The position numbers and the translations under genes are program-made. Positions 47,363 through 56,028 of a stretch of DNA of 64,000 nt are shown here, piece by piece. The notes beneath the pieces are model-generated. The model did no database searches, was not told the DNA's origin, and worked only from the letters and a program-made list of their open reading frames with translations. Position 1 is the stretch's first letter; each line of letters starts with the position of its first letter. Source of the stretch: a virus; IMG/VR virus record IMGVR_UViG_3300046692_000130, positions 1 through 64,000 of that record; one strand, written 5' to 3'.

Positions 47363-48211
47363 ATGAATCGTAGATCGTTCCTTACATCGGCAGGTGCTAC
47401 TGCAGCCTGTCTTGCGACTGCTGGCGGGTCTACCTCCCGCAAGCTATTTGCCCAAGATGTTGACCCCGGCCTCCTCAATGCTTGTGTCGATAACAACGCA
47501 ATTGCTGCGGCCAACATGTACTACAACTCTGCAGGGGCCGGTGACTTCTACGGACTCGCATGGGCGAACTCAACCCTCGCACAGCATTGCAGGGATACCG
47601 GAGTTGATGCCGCCTTCAACCAAACAGCCTTATGGCTCTCACCGGGTCAACTCAACCCAAGCCAAGTCGATGTAGCAGGGGTCACGGCCAACATACAACG
47701 GTTCTGCCCTGATCTTCAGGTGTCAGATATGCAGGACATCTTCAATCGGCTCCCGACTGATCCCGACTCGATTGCTTCAGGTCTTGCAACCGTGCAACAG
47801 TATGGCCTTTCCTCGATGCTAGATTCCTCCGCTGCTGGTTATTATGCGAAGGCAGGCTACCTCTCAGGTAACGGCGAACCCACTCCTATTGCATACAAGG
47901 GAACTCGCACTCCCTCATATCCCCGCGTCATCAACAAGGTTCATCGTCCGCAGATGAAGCCACATCTCCAGAAAGCGATGTACGCCTTTCGTCCTTTCAT
48001 GACGATTACTCCAGAAGGTGGCGCACCACCTCACAAGCCGTATACCTGTGAGAGCGATAACAGGATGCAAGCGGCGTTCGGTACGTTCACATTCATGGTC
48101 ACCATAGTCTGTATGGCTGGTTGGGTTACAGGGCTGGTATGTGGCCCGGTCTTCGGTATAATCTCAGGCGTCTGGCTGATCGGTCATATCGCAGTTTGTG
48201 GCGGCGTATAA
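47363..48211 (+). CDS. Tat-exported precursor with C-terminal hydrophobic Cys-containing peptide (bacteriocin-like)
   Basis: MNRRSFL twin-arginine motif; C-terminal ~55 aa with 4 Cys and two hydrophobic helices. Confidence 0.75.
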   Translation: MNRRSFLTSAGATAACLATAGGSTSRKLFAQDVDPGLLNACVDNNAIAAANMYYNSAGAGDFYGLAWANSTLAQHCRDTGVDAAFNQTALWLSPGQLNPSQVDVAGVTANIQRFCPDLQVSDMQDIFNRLPTDPDSIASGLATVQQYGLSSMLDSSAAGYYAKAGYLSGNGEPTPIAYKGTRTPSYPRVINKVHRPQMKPHLQKAMYAFRPFMTITPEGGAPPHKPYTCESDNRMQAAFGTFTFMVTIVCMAGWVTGLVCGPVFGIISGVWLIGHIAVCGGV

Positions 48212-48220
48212 GGAGAGTCT

Positions 48221-48439
48221 ATGGTCACTTTAGCGAACTTCGTAGCGCATCACGCTTTCTGGGTCAATGTGTGCATGGTCACGTTGATCATTGCCAATAC
48301 CATCGGGATAACTCTGTACAAGAAGAGGCACTCCAACCAACTGCCACAGGGGAAGACAAAGGCCATCCTCATCATTGGATATGGCCTCGCTGCCGTCTTC
48401 GGTTGCTTTGTTGTAGGTGTCCTGTCGGCGCGCGGCTGA
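48221..48439 (+). CDS. Two-TM membrane protein (candidate immunity)
   Basis: AAGGAG RBS; two TM helices around a basic loop. Confidence 0.7.
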   Translation: MVTLANFVAHHAFWVNVCMVTLIIANTIGITLYKKRHSNQLPQGKTKAILIIGYGLAAVFGCFVVGVLSARG

Positions 48440-48454
48440 TTTCAGGCAAGAAAA

Positions 48455-48490
48455 TGCCCCTTAGGATTGATCTCCTAAGGGGCTAATTTG
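48455..48490. terminator. Bidirectional terminator between convergent operons
   Basis: GCCCCTTAGGA...TCCTAAGGGGC. Confidence 0.75.
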
Positions 48491-48511
48491 CGGTTATGTT
48501 TTGTGTGGAAT

Positions 48512-48721
48512 CTAGCCGACTTCTTCTCCCTCGTAAGCTCCCGGCAATACGGTGAACAAGTTCAGTCCCTTTTCTTTACGTTCAGCGTTAGCCTTAGTGA
48601 CGCACGGCTCACAAACAGGTTGTCTCGTGCCGTCGATGCGAAGAGAAGGTACCAGATCAGGGTTGTAGTTGAAGACCTTACCACAGAGGACGCAGGGCGA
48701 CATACAAGTCATGTACCCCAT
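48512..48721 (-). CDS. Small Zn-finger-like protein
   Basis: CVLC...CEPC; start at ATG 48721. Confidence 0.65.
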   Translation of the reverse strand: MGYMTCMSPCVLCGKVFNYNPDLVPSLRIDGTRQPVCEPCVTKANAERKEKGLNLFTVLPGAYEGEEVG

Positions 48722-48723
48722 GG

Positions 48724-48978
48724 CTACGCCGCTACCTTCATCTGCTTTGAGATCCTGATGTGATCGCTGCCTCGTAACCAGTTCTCGCGAACGTCGCCGT
48801 TGGTGACCGTCTTGCCGTCTACCACGAGGTAGGTATCTCCGTCTGGGCCAAGAGAGTTGAGCCAGTCGGCGGTCGTCACGCCACTGCAGAAGCCCTTGTT
48901 CGCCCAGCGCGTTTGGCAACCGCCGCTACCGTTGACACCCTGCCCATCGTGTACAGCTTCGACCATGGTTGTCTTCAT
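48724..48978 (-). CDS. Hypothetical protein
   Basis: ATGA-coupled to hicB; GAGGT RBS. Confidence 0.6.
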   Translation of the reverse strand: MKTTMVEAVHDGQGVNGSGGCQTRWANKGFCSGVTTADWLNSLGPDGDTYLVVDGKTVTNGDVRENWLRGSDHIRISKQMKVAA

Positions 48979-49193
48979 GCCGCCACCTCGATCACTGATG
49001 CTTGAGACTTAGCTGCTGGGATCGGCTCACCGCTCCGCTTGGCTTCCTCGATCCAGATCTCGATTCCCTCACGCATGTTCTGCTGGGCCTCTTCCAGAGT
49101 CTCACCGCTGGCCACGACCACCGGAAGGTCTGGAACGTACCCGCCCCAACTTCCATCCGCAGCTTGCTCGAATACTGCCGTGTAGTTCGCCAT
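48975..49193 (-). CDS. hicB: HicB antitoxin (short form, no DNA-binding domain)
   Basis: Y.AVFE....WGGYVPDLP....GETLEEA..NMREGI; TAATG coupling to hicA. Confidence 0.92.
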   Translation of the reverse strand: MANYTAVFEQAADGSWGGYVPDLPVVVASGETLEEAQQNMREGIEIWIEEAKRSGEPIPAAKSQASVIEVAA

Positions 49194-49381
49194 TACCGTA
49201 ACCCCGCTTGCTTCATGATACTGTTTGCCGTCCCGGGTGGCACGTCCGAACTTAGCTTGTGCGCGGCCACTACGACGATGCCCGACTTGGTCACATGCTT
49301 GTAGACCCGATGACTTCCCTTCGTGCGTTCTAACTGCCATCCATCCTCCTCCAAGAGCTTGATGATGTCACGGTATTTCAC
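49193..49381 (-). CDS. hicA: HicA toxin (mRNA interferase)
   Basis: LEEDGW..R.KGSH..YKH..PPGT..SI.KQAGL. Confidence 0.95.
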   Translation of the reverse strand: MKYRDIIKLLEEDGWQLERTKGSHRVYKHVTKSGIVVVAAHKLSSDVPPGTANSIMKQAGLR

Positions 49382-49410
49382 TTGGTGTCCCTCACTGGCT
49401 TACATCCATT

Positions 49411-49454
49411 ACTCTACGGAACCATGTGGCAGAAGTCAACAATTATTTTGCTTG
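49411..49454 (-). promoter_or_regulatory. Promoter TTGACT-N17-TAGAGT with variant CAAGCA element
   Basis: Directly upstream of hicA. Confidence 0.65.
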
Positions 49455-49545
49455 TTACGCTAATTTTCTTTCTTGTCTGCATGTCTGCACAAACACAAAC
49501 GCCCCGGTCAAAGCCGAGGCGAATGCGAGAGGGACTGACGAAGGT

Positions 49546-50253
49546 TTACGCTACATTCTTCCAACGTGGGCTGTAGCGACCGTAGAGCTTCTTGCGACCG
49601 GCTGGGCCAAGCTTACGCAGGGCGACGATGTTCTTCACGATCTCGGCCCGTTCGAATGAATCCTTACGACCGCCGTCCAAGTAACGAGCGATCTGGTCGT
49701 CGAGGATCCCGGCGAACTCCGTAGGACGAACATAGTGAACAGCATCGAGCAACCAGCCATGGCGGCGATTGACTTCGGCCTTGACAACCTTGTTCCGCGC
49801 CACAGAGCAGCTAGGGCAGAAGAGGCGTTCAGCTTTGTAGGCTGTGATAGCGGTGCCACACTCAGGGTTTGAGCAGACGGCAAGGTTGACGCCAAGCTGG
49901 CGAAGGATATCCAGATCGATCTTCCATGCTGAGTCGCCCATAGCTACCGACTTGAAGACGTTGTAGCAGCGGTTCTGCAGAGAGTGGGTAGCAGCCTTAC
50001 CGGCGTTCTGCTTGGTGTCGTACTTGCTGATGGGCATACCGCCCCAGAGAGCGATGAAGTTATCCTCGACCACAACCCCGGGCAGAGAGACGGAGAACCA
50101 TTCAGGGTGCTTGTCGCTGAAGGACACATACACCGGGTACTCACCGGCCTCGACCTCGACGTCCTGCCACCATGCAGCGCACTCGTAGCTGGCGTTGCGG
50201 AAGATTGCCTTCTCAGAAACCTTGAATGTGCCGACCTGAATGCTCTGGTTCAT
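49546..50253 (-). CDS. Hypothetical protein with Zn ribbon
   Basis: CSNPEC..FCPSC. Confidence 0.7.
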   Translation of the reverse strand: MNQSIQVGTFKVSEKAIFRNASYECAAWWQDVEVEAGEYPVYVSFSDKHPEWFSVSLPGVVVEDNFIALWGGMPISKYDTKQNAGKAATHSLQNRCYNVFKSVAMGDSAWKIDLDILRQLGVNLAVCSNPECGTAITAYKAERLFCPSCSVARNKVVKAEVNRRHGWLLDAVHYVRPTEFAGILDDQIARYLDGGRKDSFERAEIVKNIVALRKLGPAGRKKLYGRYSPRWKNVA

Positions 50254-50292
50254 TGCCTTATCCCCTTAGAAATAGTGTACTCAATCCTGCGT

Positions 50293-50547
50293 TTACTTGA
50301 TCAACGCCTCGACTGCCTCAACATCGACGGCCCAAGTTGTCTGCGTCCAAGTTCCTGAATCTGTGGTTACGTCGCCATGGACTATGACGATGCCCTTCTG
50401 TGCGAGTGACGACATCACACCTGCTAGTTGTCTCGGGTGTTCGACCGCCCCACGGCACTCCTGCACCAAGCCGAAGTCGTGGCCGTTGCCCTTGCTGCTC
50501 TTGAACAGCGCTACCAGAACCTTCTTCTCCATCGGTGTGATCGTCAT
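50293..50547 (-). CDS. Small winged-helix-like protein
   Basis: AAGGAG RBS; T..EK.VL..GVMSSL.QKGIV. Confidence 0.7.
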   Translation of the reverse strand: MTITPMEKKVLVALFKSSKGNGHDFGLVQECRGAVEHPRQLAGVMSSLAQKGIVIVHGDVTTDSGTWTQTTWAVDVEAVEALIK

Positions 50548-50571
50548 CTCGTAATCTCCTTTACATTTTCT

Positions 50572-50615
50572 AAGTTACAGAGGGATTCGGATCGTGTCAA
50601 TAGTTTTTATGCTTG
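50572..50615 (-). promoter_or_regulatory. Promoter CAAGCATAAAAACTA-TTGACA-N17-TAACTT
   Basis: Shared upstream element. Confidence 0.78.
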
Positions 50616-50683
50616 TTTCTATAATTTTCTTTCTGACGCACAAAAGCCCCAGCCGAAGCCGGGGCAAATGTTGGGAGATGGGT

Positions 50684-51589
50684 TTAGCGCTGGGGATCCC
50701 CACCAGACTCGTGCCTGAAGTACTTGCGATACTGCTTCCAGCCACGGAAGTTCCCGATGTAGTCGGAGTCGACCATGGCCTCGGCCTGATGCTCAAACGG
50801 CGAAGCATGGATCGGCGCGGACTGAGACAGGCGCTGGCACAGGGCGAAGTCATCCTCGTACTTGGACAGCTTGTCAGATCCCACCAGTGTGTACGAGGTA
50901 CGGGCGCAACGTGCCGCCGAGACCGACCGTGCCTGATGCAGTGACAGCTTATCGACTTCATCGCTGGTCAGGAAGGGCAGATGCCACTCTCCCGGCTTCA
51001 GGATCTGATACTTCCACTTGCCGCCGTAGCCGAGACGGGCATGCATATCGAAGCCGTCCATGGTGGCCAGCGTCCCTTTTGCAATGCGGATCTCACGCTC
51101 CATCTGCTTTGCCAGTTCACGGAAGTGAGGCTCGGCGTCAGAGTGATTCCTGAGGAGCAGAAGGTTCTCGACTTCAGTCACGCTGAAGACCTGACGCACC
51201 CACGAGTACGGCTCCAGATAACGCCCAGCAATGCCCTTGTGGACGCCCAGCTTGGTCAAGAGGTAGGCAAGGGCCACCGGCGCGTAACGGAAGCCCCTAA
51301 TGAGCGCTAATGCAGTCTTACGACGCCATCCGTCAAGCTCTGCCCCCGGGTTCATACCCTTCTGATTCTGGCCGATGAAGATCGGAATGTATGGATCCTC
51401 GATCACGGCCTTGATCATCTTGGACGTCGGTATGGCCCGAGTGCTAGACGTGTTGCGCGAGGCAACCCGGTGCGTAAGAACCTCACCCAGCAGCGGTCGG
51501 GGATATGTCAGGACGAAGGTGTAGATCATGTCGCCGGTCGCACTGTTGCGCGAGGCGAGGTTGAGTTCTGCTTTGATTTGTGTGGTCAC
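50684..51589 (-). CDS. thyX: FAD-dependent thymidylate synthase, phage type
   Basis: YPR..L.E..THRV.SRN.SS.RAIP, HK....R.LEP, LR.H.DA.P, SAARCAR.SY, HASPFEHQA. Confidence 0.88.
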   Translation of the reverse strand: MTTQIKAELNLASRNSATGDMIYTFVLTYPRPLLGEVLTHRVASRNTSSTRAIPTSKMIKAVIEDPYIPIFIGQNQKGMNPGAELDGWRRKTALALIRGFRYAPVALAYLLTKLGVHKGIAGRYLEPYSWVRQVFSVTEVENLLLLRNHSDAEPHFRELAKQMEREIRIAKGTLATMDGFDMHARLGYGGKWKYQILKPGEWHLPFLTSDEVDKLSLHQARSVSAARCARTSYTLVGSDKLSKYEDDFALCQRLSQSAPIHASPFEHQAEAMVDSDYIGNFRGWKQYRKYFRHESGGDPQR

Positions 51590-51602
51590 TGAATGCTTTC
51601 TG

Positions 51603-51791
51603 TTAGAGGTATGTGAGATCGAGCGGGTGGCAAGGGACGGAGTGCTTGGTGCCATCGAACTTCACGTAGACGTAGTGGTCGTAACTTCGTCGACGGGCGA
51701 TGATGCCAGACATCTTTCCATTGGGGCCGATGACACGCTGTCCCGGGACTGGGTTGACGCCGTAGTGTTGCTTCACGTACTCGTATGCCAT
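51603..51791 (-). CDS. Hypothetical protein
   Basis: YEYV..YGV...G.RV..V.FDG....CHP; operon position. Confidence 0.7.
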   Translation of the reverse strand: MAYEYVKQHYGVNPVPGQRVIGPNGKMSGIIARRRSYDHYVYVKFDGTKHSVPCHPLDLTYL

Positions 51792-51794
51792 CGT

Positions 51795-52370
51795 CTATTG
51801 CCCATAGGCTGGCGCACAGGCGCTGGCAGCTTCGTAAGGATCGATCTCAGGCTTGTAGTGGTGAAGGATGTCACCAAGGTCGCAGTCGCTAATTGCCCAG
51901 CCTCTTGACGTGAACTTCAGCGCACGGCGCAAAGGACACAAGGTGCCACGATCCTTCTCGGCCTTCCTGAAGGTGAGCGTCTTGGTCGCGCAGTCGGTGT
52001 AGAAGCCTTCGAGGCAAAGACCGACGAAGCTCTCAGTCGCCTTGTCCCAGTGGATCTCCGCGCAACTCATGAGGTAGTCGAAAGACTTGATCAGATCGAG
52101 ACCGTCGATGAATGGCTTGTAGTAGACGTACTGGACGATGAGTCCGTTGAGATTGATTGTGAAGGAGAGGAAAGTCTTCTTGATCAGACTCCCATGACTG
52201 GCATCTAGGGCAAGTCGCGCAGCTTGCTCCTCAGAGTGGCAGAAGATATCGATGTCTCGAATCTGCTCACCAGTGACTATGCTTCGTATCGCGCCACCGG
52301 CCAGTACGACGTCATCTTCTTTCATCTGTTGTAGAACGATCTCAGGTAGCGACCCAAGAACGATCTTCAT
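51795..52370 (-). CDS. Nucleotidyltransferase (CCA/poly(A) polymerase head-like)
   Basis: LAGGAIRS......DIDIF, FD, R..K...RGW. Confidence 0.75.
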   Translation of the reverse strand: MKIVLGSLPEIVLQQMKEDDVVLAGGAIRSIVTGEQIRDIDIFCHSEEQAARLALDASHGSLIKKTFLSFTINLNGLIVQYVYYKPFIDGLDLIKSFDYLMSCAEIHWDKATESFVGLCLEGFYTDCATKTLTFRKAEKDRGTLCPLRRALKFTSRGWAISDCDLGDILHHYKPEIDPYEAASACAPAYGQ

Positions 52371-52377
52371 TGTGGTT

Positions 52378-52713
52378 TCAGTTAGCTGTGGAACGGCAGT
52401 AATCCTTTCTGGTTGGTTGATAGCTCACGACGCCAAGACCATGGATGCCGAGATCCCGGGCGACCGCAGGAGTCATGTCGAGCACACGCCCATGGATGAA
52501 CGGGCCTCGATCAGTGATCACTGCATACGTGCGCTGATGATTGATGGTGTTGTCGATCTGGATGCAAGTGCCAAGCGCATAACGCCGACTCGCTACGCTA
52601 TGGGCAGATGGGTTGTAACGATTCCCATTCGCCATGCGATGACCTACAAAGTGTGTGCTGTAGATTGACGCGATCCCTAACACAGCAACTGCTACGGCTC
52701 TGTGCCTAAGCAA
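52378..52713 (-). CDS. RlpA-like lytic transglycosylase (DPBB fold)
   Basis: ASIY..F.G..MANG..Y, ITDRGPF..GRVLDM. Confidence 0.88.
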   Translation of the reverse strand: MLRHRAVAVAVLGIASIYSTHFVGHRMANGNRYNPSAHSVASRRYALGTCIQIDNTINHQRTYAVITDRGPFIHGRVLDMTPAVARDLGIHGLGVVSYQPTRKDYCRSTAN

Positions 52714-53029
52714 ATGCCAGCGTTCCTTCTAGGAAGGTTGAGCGTGTATCGCGCTTGAGCGGTGCGTCATACCGGTGAACAAAGATCTTGGCTGCATGTT
52801 GCGCTTCTTCAACGATCTCTTCATCAGTGAACTTGATTCCAAGACTACGCTCGACGTACATCAACTCTTCAGTTGAGTGGAGCACTTCACCGTTCTGCCA
52901 TAGAGCTACACGTAGCGAACCATGAGGGCTACGCAGGGACTCCATCGCAGCACGAAGAGCGTCGACGTAATTTTCATCGAATGACTGAGAGCAACCAGTC
53001 TCATCAACAAGAACGATATCTTCAAGCAT
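52706..53029 (-). CDS. Hypothetical protein
   Basis: AAGGA RBS before ATG 53029. Confidence 0.6.
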   Translation of the reverse strand: MLEDIVLVDETGCSQSFDENYVDALRAAMESLRSPHGSLRVALWQNGEVLHSTEELMYVERSLGIKFTDEEIVEEAQHAAKIFVHRYDAPLKRDTRSTFLEGTLAFA

Positions 53030-53255
53030 GTTCCTTCTCTTTCTTGGTTTCGGATTTTTCTTCGTAGAGTAGTGCTGGCTTGTCGTCGAAGTACCACCAG
53101 ACCATGAATGCTGCAGCATATTGCAAGTAGACCCTCGGGCAGATCTCAGCCTTAGCTGCCTTCTCTAGTGCTGATGTAACGCGGTAACGCCAATAGTCTT
53201 CGTGATTTCTACTAACCTGCTCGGGGATGAGTCGGGGTAAGGGCGAATCAATCAT
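53022..53255 (-). CDS. Hypothetical protein
   Basis: Tightly packed operon member. Confidence 0.55.
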   Translation of the reverse strand: MIDSPLPRLIPEQVSRNHEDYWRYRVTSALEKAAKAEICPRVYLQYAAAFMVWWYFDDKPALLYEEKSETKKEKEHA

Positions 53256-53384
53256 TAGCGGTTCACTTACTCCTCGATCAGTTCAGCGGCTTCGTTGCAC
53301 TCGGGGTGACTACATAGCACGATGTCTTCAGGATCAACATCGGGCCTATTGATCACCCGTTCGGTCTCGTGGCCCTCAGGACAC

Positions 53385-53678
53385 TCATAAATTGCCAGCA
53401 CGGTTCCTCACCTTCTTGACACGTTGCAATGCTGATTCACGCTGCTCCAGACGACGTTGTAGCTGGTTATTCCTATCAGCCATACGTTGTAGCGCACAGG
53501 TCTTGCACTCGTTGTAGTATCCGAAGTCCATTTGCAGGAGGTGGATTGTGCAGTACCCGTTGCGTCGAAGCACCTTGAGATCGGCGCGCTGCTGTAGCCG
53601 TCTCTCGATGCGTTCAATCAAGCGGTTGGACAATACCAGCCCGACAATGGCAGAGATGATAAGAAGGCAACCAGTCAC
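53385..53678 (-). CDS. Single-TM hypothetical protein
   Basis: GTGA-coupled to lysozyme; N-terminal TM; C..H..C..C. Confidence 0.6.
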   Translation of the reverse strand: MTGCLLIISAIVGLVLSNRLIERIERRLQQRADLKVLRRNGYCTIHLLQMDFGYYNECKTCALQRMADRNNQLQRRLEQRESALQRVKKVRNRAGNL

Positions 53679-54205
53679 AGTAGATCCTGAGTCCTTTCTG
53701 GGTAGTCGCGCTGCACACTTGCGCCTTCCTTGATCAAGCGGACAACGTCAAAGGCACGAGTCTTGACCTCACGGAACCATGCACTGTTGGTGAACTGGGC
53801 AGCGGCCACGTTGTAGTTCTCTGCTTGGAGGGCAGCAATCGCCTTGTAGAAACCAGCGAACTTGGTAGCACCCATGTTGAAGACCATGTCGATCACGGCA
53901 GCGCGCACAGGATCTGGGAGATGGTCAAAGTTCGAAACAGCGCCACGAGCACCTTTGATTGCGTCGGCCAGACTGGCTTGGAACAACGTGTCGATTTGTG
54001 CGTCGTTGAGTGGAAGGTGACCACTGAGTACCCACTTGTATGTAAGGCCCAGTGCTTCGATCTTCTGCTGCGCGCCATCAGCCTTGAGATTGAAGCCGAT
54101 GCCGATAGTGGGAATGCCCTTGGAGTCGAGATACATTGAAGACCGTCTGCCCTCGTGCTTTGCAATAAGGTCTTCTACAAACTTGGCGAATTCTGCAGGG
54201 TTCAA
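53675..54205 (-). CDS. T4-like lysozyme (GH24)
   Basis: HEG.....YLDS.G.PTIGIG, DMVFNMG, SAW..EVK.RA. Confidence 0.92.
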   Translation of the reverse strand: MNPAEFAKFVEDLIAKHEGRRSSMYLDSKGIPTIGIGFNLKADGAQQKIEALGLTYKWVLSGHLPLNDAQIDTLFQASLADAIKGARGAVSNFDHLPDPVRAAVIDMVFNMGATKFAGFYKAIAALQAENYNVAAAQFTNSAWFREVKTRAFDVVRLIKEGASVQRDYPERTQDLL

Positions 54206-54214
54206 CTTTGTCCT

Positions 54215-54427
54215 TTACGTAGTTAGTCGGAACAGGTTTTCGAGTTCCATGATTTGCATGTCGGCAGACATCTTGAGCGCCGGTTCGCGCCGTTCGATAT
54301 TGACCTCTTCGTCAGCAATGAATGCGTTCGTAAGTCGGCAATGGTGGCAGAGCACACCGTCTGCCTCGGTCTCGATCAGGTCGTTAGCATCACCGCATGA
54401 GCGGCACCTGTATTCGGGCCAGAGCAC
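54215..54427 (-). CDS. Small Zn-finger-like protein
   Basis: CRSC..CHHC; coupled to neighbours. Confidence 0.55.
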   Translation of the reverse strand: MLWPEYRCRSCGDANDLIETEADGVLCHHCRLTNAFIADEEVNIERREPALKMSADMQIMELENLFRLTT

Positions 54428-54990
54428 TACTCACCCTTGGCGACGAAGTGTTCGAAGCGCTCGATTGCAATGAGTCCCATGGCCCTGCGCTTGTGGTTGA
54501 TACTGCGAGTAGACTTGGCACGGTCGCTTGGCCTCGCGAAGTCAGTGATAAGGTGGATCCGCTCCTCGTTGTTCACCTGCGTCTCAAGCTGCTCGTACGC
54601 GAACCGGAACCTCTGTGGCCAGTTATGTACGAAGAACAGGTTGCGAGTCACTTCCCACTTCAGTCCAAGCAGCGCCGATGCGAGATCCCCGGGATCAGTG
54701 ATCTTCTTCATGACACGCTTTGGAATACGCTGTGTCGACTCTGGCCACTTGGGCGCATCTTCCGTCTTCAGGAAGTCGTCCAACGACCCGCGCATATAGG
54801 TCATCTTTGTCTGGAAGTCGACCGGGAACCCACATTCGACGTTGATGTTCCCAGCAATGCATGCTGTAGTGCCACACGAGTTGCCTTCGCGAACCCAGCT
54901 ATCCATGTCGATCAGTTGCGGAGCGGACTTCATGCGTTCCAGTACGCGCTTCAGAATGCTCTTTGCTTCCTTCTTCAATCTCACTGCCAT
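54427..54990 (-). CDS. Hypothetical protein (CGTTACIAG family)
   Basis: DM..W....CGTTACIAG; GGGAG RBS. Confidence 0.7.
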   Translation of the reverse strand: MAVRLKKEAKSILKRVLERMKSAPQLIDMDSWVREGNSCGTTACIAGNINVECGFPVDFQTKMTYMRGSLDDFLKTEDAPKWPESTQRIPKRVMKKITDPGDLASALLGLKWEVTRNLFFVHNWPQRFRFAYEQLETQVNNEERIHLITDFARPSDRAKSTRSINHKRRAMGLIAIERFEHFVAKGE

Positions 54991-55036
54991 GTAAGTCTCC
55001 CCTCGGTCGTCGACCGGTTATTTGCTGTCTGTATCG

Positions 55037-55417
55037 TTAGAAGTCGCCGGTGTTGCTTCCGTCGTAACCTTCGTCCTCGCTGCCAAAGTCATCAGACTCG
55101 TCATCATCGAAGAATTGGTCGTACTCAGACTTGTAGTCCTCGTCGTCGTTGCCTTCGTCTTCGCCTGAAAGAACGTGTTCAGGTGCGTCGTCGTAGTCGT
55201 CCAGACTGGGCAGAGGCTTGCGGTGTGCAACGTCTGAGACGATTCCGAATCCGAACTTGCCTTCGTCCTGATAGACAGCTTCAATGTCGCTGTTTGCGCG
55301 CTTTACGAGACCGACTGACGCGTCATGGTGATTGTTGAGGATGAGCGCGACGTCGATGCCGGTTAGCTCAGAATCTTCGAAGAGTTGGTCGTGATGTTGG
55401 CGGCAGAGTTGGTGCAT
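55037..55417 (-). CDS. Hypothetical protein with very acidic C-terminus
   Basis: AGGAG RBS before ATG 55417. Confidence 0.65.
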   Translation of the reverse strand: MHQLCRQHHDQLFEDSELTGIDVALILNNHHDASVGLVKRANSDIEAVYQDEGKFGFGIVSDVAHRKPLPSLDDYDDAPEHVLSGEDEGNDDEDYKSEYDQFFDDDESDDFGSEDEGYDGSNTGDF

Positions 55418-55419
55418 TG

Positions 55420-55872
55420 CTATGCAGTCACTCCTACGCGTGAAATCATCCAACGTGCAGCCGGGGATCCCGAGTACACTGTGCTTCCAGTTCCTACACG
55501 CTCGATCTCACCAGCGTCGGCCATCTCAGAGATGCGCGCCGTAACGGTTGAGTAGCGCCATGCCGGGAATGCTGCCAGTACGTCTTCTGCCATGCAGCCG
55601 GGGTGGCTTGCGATGTAGTCCAGAATCTGCTGGCGCTTGCTGACCTTGGTCTTGTTGGCGATCTCATTCGCTGCGGTCGAGTTGGGCGTCGTGCTTACTG
55701 AGTCAACGACAAAGATGTGGGTAGGGGTCGTGCCGGTGAGAGGCTGATCGGCTTTGCTCTTGAAATTGTCGTACTGGGCCTGTTCGGACGGGGTAAGCTT
55801 GACTCCCAAGAAAACCTTCGTGCGAAGGATGGTTCCTAGTTCCTGCTGTGACGCGATTGCTGCTGGCGACAT
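55420..55872 (-). CDS. Winged-helix DNA-binding protein
   Basis: QILDYI..HPG..STVTARISEM...G.I; first gene after the promoter. Confidence 0.7.
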   Translation of the reverse strand: MSPAAIASQQELGTILRTKVFLGVKLTPSEQAQYDNFKSKADQPLTGTTPTHIFVVDSVSTTPNSTAANEIANKTKVSKRQQILDYIASHPGCMAEDVLAAFPAWRYSTVTARISEMADAGEIERVGTGSTVYSGSPAARWMISRVGVTA

Positions 55873-55922
55873 TCTGTGGGTGTTCCTCCATGAGTTGGTC
55901 AGCACTGCTCTGACCTGAAGTA

Positions 55923-55966
55923 ACTATAGCAAATTGTTTGACTGAATGCAATAGTTTTTATGCTGG
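55923..55966 (-). promoter_or_regulatory. Promoter CCAGCATAAAAACTA-TTGCAT-N17-TATAGT
   Basis: Shared upstream element; extended -10. Confidence 0.8.
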
Positions 55967-55980
55967 TTTTTCATGCAAAG

Positions 55981-56022
55981 TAAAAGCGGTGTCTACAAGG
56001 TTTTGGCCCTGTAAACACCGCG
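55981..56022 (-). terminator. Rho-independent terminator after nrdA
   Basis: GCGGTGT.TACA.GG hairpin followed by TTTT on the minus strand. Confidence 0.7.
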
Positions 56023-56028
56023 TGTGAT

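Noticed and set aside
54397-55338. 313-aa plus-strand ORF
   Set aside because: Antisense to two well-supported minus-strand genes
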